From: Rhynchocyon petersi
Taxonomy: Eukaryota
NCBI GenBank assembly: GCA_043290085.1
Contig: CM091797.1
Location: 22,366,880-22,430,879 of the forward strand
Direction: 5' to 3'
Length of the DNA stretch: 64,000 bases
In this document: positions 36,212-48,042 of the stretch, piece after piece
Layout of the letters: each line of letters begins with the position of its first letter
How positions within the stretch are numbered: the stretch's first letter is position 1
Notes under the pieces: generated by a model
Told to the model about the DNA's origin: nothing
The model's database searches: none
Seen by the model: the letters and a program-made list of their open reading frames with translations, nothing else
Made by a program: the position numbers and the translations under genes

Positions 36212-37159
36212 GTAGGATTCCTCAGCTAATGGTTAATGTGTTTTGAGCTGCTCTCTAGTAGCTGGGTGGGTGGCACAAGTCCACCTAGGGATGCCTCAGA
36301 AGAAATGCTGAGCGATCTACTATTGAAACATTAGTGACTGAATAGGCTTACAATGCCTATCTACCTTGACACACGTAGGCCTAGGAGATTTCCCAAGAAT
36401 TCTCTACCTGGTTTGAGAAGTTTCCATTATTCACTATTGCACTACCAGGAACCCCCAACTAAGCCTACTTGTCACCAGAATTCAGCTGTAGAACATACGA
36501 AATTGGGTAAAATGCCCTATTACCAGAGATTTCATATTTGCTACTGTTGCTATGCTGTCCACTAGAAAGGACCAGAAATCTTCCTATAGGGCTTTCTTGG
36601 ACCCAGCCCCTTATGTAAAGTCAACATTTGCTCCTTCCAAGTACCTTGTGATGTCTGGTTCCATGAGAATGCGTCTCCAAAGTATGACCTGTGAGGTCCC
36701 GCCTTGGTTACACCATGAATTTGTGCAATAGTATCCCAACCTAGGCCATTGGAATGGTAAGTGTTTGCAGGAATCCATGTAGAGCAAAAGGCACATCACA
36801 ACTTCCTCTTTCTTTAGGCAGTGGGCAGGGTGGACTTCTTTGGGGGCTTTCAAGATGGCAAATGGCAAGTTTGTGGAGGAGCTTGCATGCTGACCATCTA
36901 GCATTAGTCTTGTTCCTGATGTCAGACTGGAAATGGAAGGCAGGACAGATTGGCAGATATTGCAGCAATATAGGAGTGACAGAATGACTGAGGTCAAGAA
37001 GCCTCAGCCATTGGAGGTGATAATGGCATTGATCACTGGAGTCTACAGAAGGATCATGCAAGAGGGAGGAGGTGGAGAGCTTGTAGCTCACACAGGGGAC
37101 TGGGCAGGCCGCACTGACTTAGGTTAGTTTCATTCCATCTGTATAACATTGTTTCTCAG

Positions 37160-37291
37160 ACTTCTCCTTGGCGCAAAGTGAACATTTTCAAAATCCTGCA
37201 CACACTCCTCCCGCTGGAAGGAAAGCTGGAGGAGCAGTGCGCCCAGAGGCTGGTCATCATTGCCTCCGAGGAGATGAGAGAGGCCTCAGAG
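37160..37291 (+). CDS. Coding exon: TSPWRKVNIFKILHTLLPLEGKLEEQCAQRLVIIASEEMREASE
   Basis: Acceptor gtttctcag|, donor cagag|gtagga; phases 0 to 0. Confidence 0.75.
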
Positions 37292-37464
37292 GTAGGAGAA
37301 CTCTGAACTACATCAGTCACTCACTCCCTTGCTACCTGCCTGGGCTCTGGGCCATGGAGCAAGGGCCAAGGATGCTCATGACCCTCTTCTAGTCACCCTG
37401 AGCACAGTGGTGGAGGTGGCTTTATGGGGGGGAGCAAACGTATCCCTCTCCTGTCGTCCTGCAG

Positions 37465-37627
37465 ATGGAAGCCGACCTAAAGGCCGATGCAGCTAGTGAC
37501 ACCTTGGTGGCTCTGTCCAGAGACCACTTCAGTCTGGTGATGTGTGACATCCAGCAGCACCTGAAGCCCTTCCAACTCAGCCACCAATTTGTCATCATCA
37601 CGTTGGCAAAGTTGGCTAATGACAACG
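37465..37627 (+). CDS. Coding exon: MEADLKADAASDTLVALSRDHFSLVMCDIQQHLKPFQLSHQFVIITLAKLANDN(+1 nt)
   Basis: Acceptor tcgtcctgcag|, donor aacg|gtagga; ends in phase 1. Confidence 0.8.
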
Positions 37628-37699
37628 GTAGGAGTTTCACCACAGTCCTCACACCCCAGTTTTGGGTCCCTTTCAAATTGGGACACAGTGAATTGAGTA

Positions 37700-37850
37700 T
37701 TGGAGGGTCTAACTGAAAGGCCAGTAGTTTGAATCCACCATCTGCCTCTCAGGAGAGAGTTGAGGCCATCTGCTCCAGTAAAGATTTACAGCCTGGAAAC
37801 CCCAGGGGAGGGATCCATGAGTAGGAATCAACTCAACGGCAGAGGGTGTA
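37700..37850 (+). mobile_element. AfroSINE-type SINE (family B), intronic
   Basis: ctaactgaaaggccagtagtttgaatccaccatctgcctctcaggagag...gggatccatgagtaggaatcaactcaacggcagagggtg. Confidence 0.8.
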
Positions 37851-38307
37851 GTTCTACTTTGGCCAGGCCAGTCCAATGCTCTCTCATGGTGGCTGAAGCT
37901 CTCACTTCTGTCTTCCCCTGTCTCTGCCCCACCTGTTGGGCCTATCTTTCTCTGGCTCCTCATCTTCCTGTGATGACCATTTCCCCTAGCCTGGTACTTA
38001 GTGCTTTACGTTGTAGGTGGTTAATGCTAAACTAAGTGGTTTAAATCAACCACATGTTCCTCAGGAGAAAGATGGGCATCTCCTCCCATGAAGGTTTAGA
38101 GTCTTAGACTCAGCAGCAGTAGGATGGATTGGAGGGAAAGACTTTTTTGTCCCTGTCACCTCATTTCATCTCTGCGTTTGTCTCTCTCTTTCATTTGTAT
38201 CTTTGTCTGTTCTCAGTATCTGCGTCTCTCTCCATGCCCTCTGGCATCTGCCTCCACTGCTGCTGTCACGTGTCTCCATTTCAAGTCAAGTGCTAGCTCT
38301 ATGAAAG

Positions 38308-38336
38308 CGCTCTCTCTCCCTCTCTCTCTCTCTCTG
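38308..38336. repeat. (CT)n microsatellite
   Basis: gctctctctccctctctctctctctctg. Confidence 0.8.
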
Positions 38337-39036
38337 AAAGTGCTAGGGGAGAAAGGTATTGTGGACTCTCCCCATGGATGTACTTGACCTCTTTGTACTT
38401 GACCCTGGGTGTCTTGCCCTGAGTGCTCTTCTGACTCTGAGGCCTACACAGTACAGGGATCTTGAGTCTAAAGAACACGCACCACACCTCTGGCTCTTGT
38501 TTCTCCATAGCAATAGGATCAGCTGATCTCTGCATTCTTCCTTTTTATTTCTCTAAGAGGAATGATTTTGACAGCCACACTGCAGGGAAACTCCCTAAAT
38601 ATCTAAGTAGGGTTGTGGCCCTGAGTACACATGTGTCATCTTCCAATCTCCTTACATCACATCAGATCTGATCACATTTTCTCACAGCATAAGGATCATG
38701 ACCTCAGGACATAAGGGCTCCTTTCCTTGCTTACACAATTGCTAACCCTCTGAGAGTCATGGTCCATACAAGGTGACATGTCTGCGGAGGAGCCAAGTAG
38801 AGAGCTGGGAGGAAGATGTGTTGAGGATGGTGGCTGGTACTTTGGGAGAGGAGAGCAATTTGCAAGGAAGGGGTGACCAGCTGTGTTCAGTAATGCTGAG
38901 GGGCCAGCAGGGAGTGTGGAGGGAATGCAGTTGTTGAAGAAGAGTTGCGTAGTGGGCTGGGCTGCGCTGTGGATGGAGTGGGCTGGAGGAAGAGGAGAAG
39001 ACAATTAAAGGAGGGGATACAGGGCAAGTCCTTTTG

Positions 39037-39425
39037 TTGTTGTTATGTGCTGTCGAGTCGAGAACGACGCATAGCGACCCCTTGAACAGCAGATCTGAAA
39101 CTGGCCCTATCCTGCACCATCCTCACCAGTCCCGACAAACTCAAGCCCATCCCGGCAGTCACTGTGTCTATCCATCTAGTTGAGGGTCTGCCCCTCTTTC
39201 TCTGACCCTCCACCCTCCAAAGCATAACGTCCCTCTCCAGGGACTGGCCTCTCCTAACAATGTGACCAAAATATGTGAGATGCAGCTTCCCAATCCTTGC
39301 CTCCAAAGAGCAATCTAGTTGAACTCTTTTCAGGATATATTTGTTTCTTCTCTTGGCCATCCATGGAACATTGAGCACTCTTCTCCAACACCACAGCTCG
39401 AAGGCATCAATTCTTCTTCAGTCAA
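39037..39425 (-). mobile_element. RTE/BovB-type LINE 3' end (minus), intronic
   Basis: gttgttgttatgtgctgtcgagtcgagaacgacgcatagcgaccc...; minus ORF MLNVPWMAKRRNKYILKRVQLDCSLEARIGKLHLTYFGHIVRRGQSLERDVMLWRVEGQRKRGRPSTRWIDTVTAGMGLSLSGLVRMVQDRASFRSAVQGVAMRRSRLDST. Confidence 0.9.
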
Positions 39426-40383
39426 GTCCTTGTGAGGGGAGGAGAAACAGGGCAGGAGCTGGAGGGGGTGTGGGAGCAGGAGCAGAGAGGGTCTGTTGTT
39501 GTTGTGATGTGCCATCTAGGGAGGAGGAAATGACACATCCCTGGTGTTGGAGAGAAAGGGAAGGTGAGTGGGGCTCCAGGGTGGCTGGAGGGTCACACGA
39601 GGAAGGAGTGTCCCTGCCACCTGTGAGAGCGTGTATCCCTGGCCAGTTTCTGTTTCTTCCAGAAATTTCTGTTCTGCCCCTGCTCTTCCGTCTCTGTGTG
39701 GATAGATGTCCTGGAAATTGACTCATAGAAAACCCTCCAGACTCTTTCCAGAGCAATCAATCACGTGGGAGCGGATTGTCCAATTTTCTCCCTTGGGGTA
39801 TCTGGCAGATTCAAACTTCGTGCCTTTGGATTGGTACCACAGCTCCTTACCCTTAGGCCACAAGAGCTCTATGTTAGGGTCCTTCTTTCCCTGCTCTCTT
39901 CTCCTACATGAGCTTGCTCCCATCCCTACATGCCTTGCTTCTCCATTAGTCTAAGAACACAGGGGGCACCCAGGAGCCGGTGATCTGCACATGGAGCCAA
40001 GACCCTCTCTGTCCTCCCCTCCCTCTTCCTCCACTGTGTGCTTTTTTCCTCTGAGATGATCTGTATCCAGCTCTTCCCAGAACCTGGGCTACCTTCCCTC
40101 CCTGCATCTCCCCCCCCACCCCTTTCCATCTCTGCTGCTCCTTCACCTTTTCCCAGCTCCATCCTTTCCCTGGCCCCAGTGTCCTGTGAGCAGCTCACAG
40201 AGGGGATCCCTTGCTCTCTGCACAGGGGAGGCTGCAGCAGTGGCAGCAGGAGGAGAGGAAGTAAAGGGAAGGCTGGAAAGCCAGTCACTGGGAGGGAGGC
40301 ATTGAGGAGATGAGGATGGGTTGTCAGCAAGTCCTGTCTGTCTGGTGCTCTCTGACCCGTCTTCCCTTTGCCCACCCCTGCAG

Positions 40384-40482
40384 TGTTTCAGTTCATGACT
40401 TACATGGGCATCAGCCTGGCTACCATCTTCAGCATGCTGAGAATTGCCAATGAGGCCAAGATGCGCCAGGTCATCTGGGGCG
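40384..40482 (+). CDS. Coding exon: (V)FQFMTYMGISLATIFSMLRIANEAKMRQVIWG(+1 nt)
   Basis: Acceptor cccacccctgcag|, donor gcg|gtacgt; phases 1 to 1, consistent with its neighbours. Confidence 0.75.
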
Positions 40483-40769
40483 GTACGTGTCCTGCCTGAT
40501 CCTGGAGAGGAACTGGGGAGAGAAACAGGTGGTTGGATGGGACAGGAGGGGCAGAGTGACTGTCCATACTTTCTCAAGCATTGGCTTCTCACTCTGACTT
40601 TCTTTGGCCAGAGGGGAGATGGGTGTGTGCCTTTCAGAGACCCAGAGGTACAGGAGTACAACTGTTCCTGATTCCCAAGCTTTCTGGGCAGTAAGGAGTC
40701 TTAGTGGCCCAAGGAGATGCAGCAGGAGATCACAAAAGTAGGGACAGGGCAACTGTCTCCAGTGGAGGT

Positions 40770-40925
40770 TGATTTAGGTACCAAGAAGTCAGTGGTTCAA
40801 ATCTACCCTCTGCTATCAGGAGAAAGAGGAGGCAGTCTTTCTCTGTAAAGATGACAGCTTCAGAACCCTGCAGTTCTCTGTCCCCAGAGTCAGCTTAGAT
40901 CAGAATCAAGCCAATGGCAGTGGGG
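40770..40925 (+). mobile_element. AfroSINE-type SINE (family B), intronic
   Basis: ccaagaagtcagtggttcaaatctaccctctgctatcaggagaaagaggaggcagtc...ccagagtcagcttagatcagaatcaagccaatggcagtgggg. Confidence 0.75.
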
Positions 40926-41299
40926 TTCCCATGCTGTTGAGGAGTTCCTGGTGGTGCCATCGTTAATATGCTCTCCCGCTCACCAAAAAGTTATCCAAAA
41001 TTTGAGCCCTCACAGAAGAGCCTTGGGGGAAAGGCCTGGCAGTCTTGTTTGGAAAAATCATCTCAACCATTAAAAACCCTGTGGAGTGCAGCTCTGCTGT
41101 GGCATGAAGTTGCCGTGACACTGAGTGGACTCCAAGTCAGCTGGTTGGCGCCAGGCTGTCTCCGGAGGCAGCCGTGGTTCTGTGGCTGGACTCTTTACTT
41201 TCTTTGAGAGTGACATGGGTTCTATTCCCAGACAACATACCTTGTTTAGAGCCACCAGGCCTCAGCCAGGGGAACCTGGTGTGCTGCTGGGGTGCTGGA

Positions 41300-41503
41300 T
41301 AGAGGGCAGGTGGTGCTGTGGTTAAAGCACTCGACACCGAACCGAACATGAAGGTGGCTTGTTAGCACCCAGCAGACTACTTGTTGTGATGGAAATGTGG
41401 CATCTGCTTCCACACCAGTGTGCAGCCTTGGTGACCCCGTTAAGACCACTGTACAGGGTTCTACAAGGTCACTATGAGCAGGGACAGACTCAACAGCAGG
41501 GGT
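41300..41503 (+). mobile_element. AfroSINE-type SINE (family B), intronic
   Basis: ggtggtgctgtggttaaagcactcgacaccgaaccgaacatgaaggtggcttgttagcacc...ggtcactatgagcagggacagactcaacagcagggg. Confidence 0.75.
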
Positions 41504-42031
41504 TTTTGATGTGATGCTGGGCAGGTTTCAGCAGAGCTGTCAGACAGGCCAGGAAGGAAGACCTGTTGGTCTCCTTGTGCACGATGCCTTTAACAATTCC
41601 ACTGAGCACAGCACTCTCACAAGCAAGCCCTGGTGTGCACGGGGCAGGAGCGGCGGGCAGCTAACATTTCATTGTGCGTGGTGGCTTTGCTGGCGGGCAA
41701 ACTCCCGTGCAGCTGACATCATCATTGCTCTTTCAAGATGACCACGTGTCTCAGGGTTTGATCACTTCACGTGTGGTGGGATGATACCTGAAAAACATCA
41801 GAAACCTGAGGGGAAAAGCGAAGCCTGTCTGTTGCCCTGAGCACCTTGGACCCCTGCACCTGTTACTCCAGGCAGGGGTGTGGTTACCTGTCTCAGGGTT
41901 CATACACACGGACCAAAAGTTGGAGTACTGTGCCAGGTGGGATGCACGAGGTTGTCCTCTCCTGGAAGGAGTGCCAGGAGTTGCCCCCCTGCTTCCTCCC
42001 TCGGTGGCTGATTTCCCTTCCCCATTGGCAG

Positions 42032-42183
42032 CCGTGGAGACCTTCTGTGAAAAGGTGCAATTCTACCTGAGGAACGTGGAGGAGGGTATGTCCCCTGTGA
42101 TGAGCGAGGAGCAATTTGCCAACAAGCTGTTCCCCTTCTACCGCTACTTCGTCACCACGTGGCTGAAGGAGGAACATGTTAAG
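42032..42183 (+). CDS. Coding exon: (A)VETFCEKVQFYLRNVEEGMSPVMSEEQFANKLFPFYRYFVTTWLKEEHVK
   Basis: Acceptor cttccccattggcag|, donor aag|gtgaga; phases 1 to 0. Confidence 0.85.
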
Positions 42184-42459
42184 GTGAGAAGCACTGCTGC
42201 TGGGGGATCCAGCGTCCCCAGGCCATGCTGTGGGCTGTCAGGACCAATGCAGAGGCCCAGGAGAGTGGGGAGCTGGTCAGTGGCAGATTGAGGATGTGAG
42301 AGAAAGGGATTATGCTGGTGCTATGGGCTCGGTAATTCCGAGAGCATCATGTGAGAGCATCTGGGTGAGTGCCAAGGTGTGGGACAAGCAGGCCAGGACC
42401 CCTGTGAAGGAACATTCTGTGGTAGGGGACAAGTTCCACAGAGAGCTTCCAGGATAGCC

Positions 42460-42560
42460 AATTACTGTAGCAGACGACTTCATCCTTCTCTTGTGAAGCA
42501 GCTGGTGCATTCAACCTCAGACCTTTAAGATGACAGCTTGAGTCTCTGTGCTACCAGGGC
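42460..42560 (-). mobile_element. AfroSINE-type SINE fragment (family B), minus, intronic
   Basis: Reverse complement of ggagccctggtagcacagagactcaagctgtcatcttaaaggtctgaggttgaatgcaccagctgcttcacaag. Confidence 0.7.
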
Positions 42561-42833
42561 TCCTCCTGGTAATCAGAGAAAGGCTCTGTTTCCAGCCACA
42601 GCCATGCACTCTGGTCCAGGACTTGGAGCTTCAGCCTGCCCTTTGAAGGGACTCAGTTTACCCTAGGGCACAGAGACTGTCTTTGCCCATGGCTAAGCAT
42701 AGGACTGGGAATGTTTTGAGCCACAGGCAGGGCTCAACACAACTTCTGAGACCCTGTGAGTTGGATGGGGCTGAGAGCAGTGGCCTTAGAGAGGAGGGTG
42801 GATGCTGAGTCTGACAGCTACATCTCCTGGAAG

Positions 42834-42977
42834 GTCAAGCTAGAGGTCATCAAGTGCCTGAAGCCGATGATGAGCTTCCTTCTGCCTCATGATGACCTAC
42901 GGGAGCAGGTCTATGACTACATCCCCCTGGTGCTGGCCGAGGACCAGAGCAGTGTGGAGGCCCTGTTCATCCCCCAG
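42834..42977 (+). CDS. Coding exon: VKLEVIKCLKPMMSFLLPHDDLREQVYDYIPLVLAEDQSSVEALFIPQ (5' boundary less certain)
   Basis: Donor ccccag|gtgagt is clear. The only phase-0-compatible acceptor is ctacatctcctggaag| (an AAG acceptor with a modest pyrimidine tract). Confidence 0.65.
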
Positions 42978-43605
42978 GTGAGTGGTGTCATGCTGTGAAG
43001 TAGTCATGGGAGTGAGAGGGATTGCCTTTCTGAGCCTCAGGCCCTGGGCTGCTTCCTTCCTCTTCTGGGCCTGGTGTTGGTGATCATGGGTTCTAGTGGG
43101 TCCAGTTAGTGCCCTCTGTGTGGACAGTGGGTTTCATCGCTCTTTTGGCATTTTGTGGGCTGATTGTGAGGAGCTGTGGTACCTGGTAGTGTGCAGTGGA
43201 GAGGTTTCTGAAGGCCGGAGAGGCCTCAGAACCATAGGTCTGAGCTGAGGCAGGGTGGCCAGACGTTTGAATGGGTCCCTTATCATTGCACAGGCATGAT
43301 ACTTGTCTGTAATCGCTGAGTTTGGGAGAGCTATGCTCGGTGTAAGAACTGGGTGTAGACAGATGTAGCAGAGCGGGAGAGTCCTTGACTGGCTTCTAGA
43401 TCCTCACTGTGCTTGGCAACCTCGGGGCTCATTCAAATGCAGACTCAGCTCATTGGAAAGGGGGCGGTGTGTGTGTGTGTGTGGGTCCAGAACCTGGTCA
43501 GGGCCTGGGGGATGCTGGTCTTGCCAGACCATCTGAGTAGCAAGGATAGGATCTGGACCCAAGTGAGGGCCAGGTGGTCTACTAACACCGAACTGCCCAT
43601 TGAAG

Positions 43606-43698
43606 GTCCTCAGGCCGATCCTGGAGGTGGTGGTCAACACCAACACACCCGTCCCCCGCAGGCAGTTGCACATGATGTTAGTGGTGCTGCACACTCAG
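43606..43698 (+). CDS. Coding exon: VLRPILEVVVNTNTPVPRRQLHMMLVVLHTQ
   Basis: Donor cag|gtgagg is clear. The acceptor ...actaacaccgaactgcccattgaag| is weak and lies in sequence resembling the AfroSINE tRNA-like core. Confidence 0.6.
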
Positions 43699-44038
43699 GT
43701 GAGGCTGGAGGCTGGGTTGGCACAGCATTCTCAAGGGAATGGAGTGGGTGAGAGAGTGGTGCTCATAGCCCCTGCCCCAGGATGCTCCCTGCATCCAGCT
43801 GAGCACATCCTCCTAACCTGTGTGCCCTGTCTCTCTTTGACCTCACCCACTCCCTTGCACACCTTCCTCAGGGTATGCAAGTTAGAGGCACCCCTGACCC
43901 CTGACTCCCCTACCTAACTATGATGTCATCCTGTCACTGCTCACCTTCTCCCAAGTGTGCCAGTTGCTGTAATCCCTACATCTGCATGTCCTGTCTAAGA
44001 GTAACCCCAAGTGTCACTTGCGTGTCCTCCCCCTGCAG

Positions 44039-44117
44039 ATGTGCTCTCAGGTCTCCAGCCAGGAGCAGTGTACCAGCCAGCACCAGACAGAGATCTTGCC
44101 CTGTTTCATCGCCCTGG
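44039..44117 (+). CDS. Coding exon: MCSQVSSQEQCTSQHQTEILPCFIAL(+1 nt)
   Basis: Acceptor gtgtcctccccctgcag|, donor ctgg|gtgagg; required to restore phase between the flanking exons (0 to 1). Confidence 0.6.
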
Positions 44118-44265
44118 GTGAGGTGCTGGGTGGGCTCCCATCTGCCCACTGCCTGGGGTCGGCTGGGTGCCCCGGATGCCCCCAGCCTCTGTGAGCTGCG
44201 GCTGGCCTGGGGCTACCTCCTGGTTGGGTTTTGATGGTGTGGTGACCATGGTCTTCCTCCTGCAG

Positions 44266-44379
44266 CTCGCTCCTACCCCGAGGAGCTGATGAACTTCTTT
44301 CTGTGCCAAATGGAGAGGAGTCAGGAGGCCATCCTTGTGGGGACCTTGACCCTGATTGAGGCCATAGTAGGAGCAGATG
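44266..44379 (+). CDS. Coding exon: (A)RSYPEELMNFFLCQMERSQEAILVGTLTLIEAIVGAD(+1 nt)
   Basis: Acceptor tcttcctcctgcag|, donor gatg|gtaagc. Confidence 0.8.
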
Positions 44380-44465
44380 GTAAGCATGGTGGGGAAGTAA
44401 TGGGAGAACAGTCATGGGGAATGGTCCTCGGTGTTGGGGAGCATCCTCTCTTTTCTAGACAATAG

Positions 44466-44700
44466 CTGGAATAGAGCCCTAGTGGCACATTCCTTAATCG
44501 CTTGGCCGCTAACTGAAATCTTGGTAGCTATATATTGTATCTATCTCAAGGGAACTTTGGTGGTCTGCTGGTGAGAAGCTGTGCTCAGAGTTTGAAGCCC
44601 CTGGCTAATCCACAGTCTCCTTCCATGCAGTGACAGCCTCTGAAGCATCGACTGAAGGATCAGTTACGAGTCAGGTCCAGTTTGATGGCACCTAACAACA
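44466..44700 (+). mobile_element. AfroSINE-type SINE (family B, possibly composite), intronic
   Basis: cttaatcgcttggccgctaactgaaatcttggtag...gactgaaggatcagttacgagtcaggtccagtttgatggcacctaacaacaa. Confidence 0.65.
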
Positions 44701-44759
44701 ATACATATCAAATGCATAGATATCAAATGTAGTATGTCAGAAAACAATCCTGTATTGGA

Positions 44760-44975
44760 GTTGTTGTTAGATGCCATTGGGTCAATTCCATCTCGCCACA
44801 CGCTGTGCCCAACAGAATCAACCCCCCATCCTGTCCCGTCCTCACTGGCCTTGCTGCCCTTCAGTCTATTGTTTCTGCCCTCCTGTCAGTCTAGGTAGTT
44901 GAAGGTCCTCTTCTATTGGCCTGACCCTCTACTTGTCCAAACATGATGCTCTTTTCCATGGTCTGGCTTATCAGG
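44760..44975 (-). mobile_element. RTE/BovB-type LINE tail fragment (minus), intronic
   Basis: ttgttgttagatgccattgggtcaattccatctcgcc... Confidence 0.7.
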
Positions 44976-45653
44976 TAGCAACAAACATTTCACTCAATTC
45001 TCACAAGATCAAACAGCTGGGAAGTGGCAGAGCCTGGATTTGAACCCAGGGAGATTGGCATCAATGTGTAGCCTTGATGGCAGTGCTGTGCCCCTGTGTG
45101 ACCCACAACTAGGTTTTGAGCTGCAGGAGGACAAAGGACACTTTAGGCAGAGACTGCGTCCTCCAGGGCAGTTTTACCCAGTCCTCACAGGATGCTCACC
45201 CAAGGCCCACATGAGGGAACAGGGGAACGAGGGAGATATAATACCATCCCCCCCGTGACTGAGACGGAAGGATGAGGTGAGTACCATGAGCAGAGAGAGA
45301 TGAGAGCCTGGTTATGGGACACTGAGCGATGTGCCCTAGAGTGGATGACAGTGAGTAGGGACATGAGACCGGGACTAAAATGGAGGAAAAACACCTTTAA
45401 GTAGTGAAGAGTTAGAGACTGAAGCCCATAGTCGAGAAATTCTATACCTATGATCCAAACATCATGCGCAAGGAAGTAAAATGATTAAAATGAACAGAAA
45501 GCATGCTGAGGTCTGGAATGCTGTCCCTTAGTCTGTCTTGAGGGGTAACCCCCTGAGGTGTCTCTGAACTTCCTTCTCTGAGAAAGCTGGTGGCCCCACT
45601 CTTTAGTGGCCGACCCTGAAGCTGCCAACTTCTCCATGGCTCTTCTCTTTCAG

Positions 45654-45730
45654 AGCCCAGAATGAGTATGAGGACCATCTGCCTGGCCACGACTGTGGTC
45701 AAAAGCATCCTCTCCGATCCTAAGCCTAAG
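45654..45730 (+). CDS. Coding exon: (E)PRMSMRTICLATTVVKSILSDPKPK
   Basis: Acceptor ctcttctctttcag|, donor aag|gtaatt; phases 1 to 0. Confidence 0.8.
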
Positions 45731-46017
45731 GTAATTGGTTAGAGATGGGGAAAGGGTGGGGTTTAAGGGTCACTCTGGTGGGGGGGGGGCAAAGGGTCGC
45801 TCCATCAGGACATTGAGATCTGATGGTTAAGTCCACCATCAGGCCTTAGCTTTCTGTGTCAGTCCACCTCTGCGATGGGGCAGCTCCCAGGCTGCACCCT
45901 CAATCAAACACACCCTTTCATTGAACAAGAAAACCTTTGTATTTGACTGTGTATGTACAGAGCAGGTTGGCATTCTGCCTGTTCTGCCATTCAAATCAAT
46001 TTTGTCTTATTGTTGTT

Positions 46018-46340
46018 GTTGTTATGTGCCGTCAAGTCGAGGCCGACTCATAGCGACCCTATGAACAGCAGATCTGAAACTGGCCCTATCTTGCACCATC
46101 CTCACCATCCCTAACACACTCAAGCCCATCACTGCAGTCACTGTGTCCATCCATCTAGTCAAGGGTCTGCCCCTCTTCCTCTGTCCCTCCACCTTCCCAA
46201 GCCTAATATCCCTCTCCAGGGACTGGCCTCTCCTAACAACGTGACCAAAATATGTGAGACAAAGCTTCACCATCCTTGCCTCCAAAGAGCACTCTGGTTG
46301 AACTCTTTCCAGGATCTATTTGTTTGTGTTATTACAATCT
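46018..46340 (-). mobile_element. RTE/BovB-type LINE 3' end (minus), intronic
   Basis: Minus ORF MEARMVKLCLTYFGHVVRRGQSLERDIRLGKVEGQRKRGRPLTRWMDTVTAVMGLSVLGMVRMVQDRASFRSAVHRVAMSRPRLDGT. Confidence 0.9.
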
Positions 46341-46574
46341 CCAAATCTCATCCTTCTTCCTTCCCACCGTCTCTCTGTGGTTCCTGTTTGGATTTCCTCT
46401 TACGCCTTCTCTTTCCTCCTTTCTGAGTTTCTCCTTGGACAGTGCTGCCCTTGGGTTCATTATTTTGAGAGCCAAGAACCTCCCTCGTGTGATTGTTCAC
46501 TTCTTGTTTGGCTACCAATTGTACCACTAAGGTCGACCGGAACCCACCCTGTGACAAGTGTTTAGTGTTGTAAC

Positions 46575-46740
46575 AAAATTAGATGGTTGGACACAGTGAC
46601 TGCAGCGATGGGCTCGAGTGTTTTAGGGGTGATGAGGATGGTGCAAGATAGGCCGACTTTCAGATCTGCTGTTCATAGGGTCTCTATGAATGGTCCTCGA
46701 CTCGATGGCACATAACAAGGACAACAACAAAACAACATTG
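46575..46740 (+). mobile_element. RTE/BovB-type LINE 3' end (plus), inverted relative to the copy 235 bp upstream
   Basis: ttagatggttggacacagtgactgcagcgatgggctcgagtgttttaggggtgatgaggatggtgcaagataggccgactttcagatctgctgttcatagggtctctatgaatggtcctcgactcgatggcacataacaag. Confidence 0.85.
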
Positions 46741-47702
46741 ATCAAAACAATATTGACCAATTTGTCGTGTTCCAGGGTGGGCATTGTCTTGATATGAATA
46801 TACGCTATGCATTTGGTATCCATGACCCATAGTCATTGAGGCCAACACCTTTGTTACAAAACTCCACTCCCCACAGGGTACTGGATAGAGGTGGAGGGTA
46901 GTGAGGTCAATGAAAGCAGTGGTTTCCACTTTTGCCCCTCCCACCCTGTCCTCGGACCTGAAGTTTCCAAATGATGAGTCTCAGCCCCATCTGGGTCTAA
47001 GGGAAGCCTGAGGAAATGCAACCTCACCCGATGCCACACGACCACTGACAATGTTGATAAGATTATTCTTTCGTTTGAAGATATGACGGGAGACTGCACC
47101 CACACTCACACACGCCCCAATCGCACTCTCAGGAAGTCACTATCCCAGGTGCACTGCAGCTGCCCATGCGGGAGGACAGCGGATGTTCTGGTTCTAGGCT
47201 GTGAAGGGTGTTGCTCAGTCACAACCCATCCAGGGAGAGAGGGTCCTGGTTGGGTAGAGCCTGTCTAGTAATTTTTGGAAGAAGCCAAGGGGATGGGAGA
47301 AACTGTGCTGAAGATTTAGACAGAGCAAGAAGAGAGGAAAGCCTTATTCTGAGCACCCACACATGTTGTGCTCAGAGGAGCCCAGTGTGTGTGTGTGTTT
47401 CTTCGCACCAAAACTGTCTAAAGTGAGCAGTCTATGAGGAACGTATGGACTCTTGTCTAGGGTTTGGGAGGCTCCTGGGTGAAGGCATTGCAGGATAGGA
47501 CCCCATGAATGAATCAGGGGAAGGGGGATTGGGAGTGGATAGAGTGGATAGAGTGGCCAGTAGCCAGGTGCCCTCGACTGTCTGAGCTCTTCCATTCTCC
47601 AGCTGTCCATGTTACCAGACTGGGTGTTTGGTGTGGAATTTCCAGTTTCTGGAGTCCATTCCCATTCCCTAGACCCAGCACCTACCCATCCTGTCTCCGC
47701 AG

Positions 47703-47822
47703 GTGAGGATGGCTGTTCTTAAAATCATCGGCCAGTTGGCCCTCTCTGGCTACCAGGACCAGGTCAAAGGCTGGGGCCTGAAGTATGTTTCAGTGCAGCT
47801 GACACTGTCCACCTGCAAGCTG
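47703..47822 (+). CDS. Coding exon: VRMAVLKIIGQLALSGYQDQVKGWGLKYVSVQLTLSTCKL
   Basis: Acceptor ctgtctccgcag|, donor ctg|gtgagt; HEAT-like helix. Confidence 0.85.
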
Positions 47823-48042
47823 GTGAGTTACCCCAACATCCGGGTCCCAGAGCAGGAAGACTCTGGATGTGGCTTCCAGTAGCACTGAGCAAAGTCCACA
47901 TGGTGTACTTGGACGTGAGTTCCCATGTACAAGTTCACATGACTGATAGCATTTGAAATCCTGGAGGCAGTTCTACTCTGCCTTTTCGGGTCACTCTGAG
48001 ACCGAACCAAATAGAGGACAGTGGTTTCTGTCTGCTTTGCAG

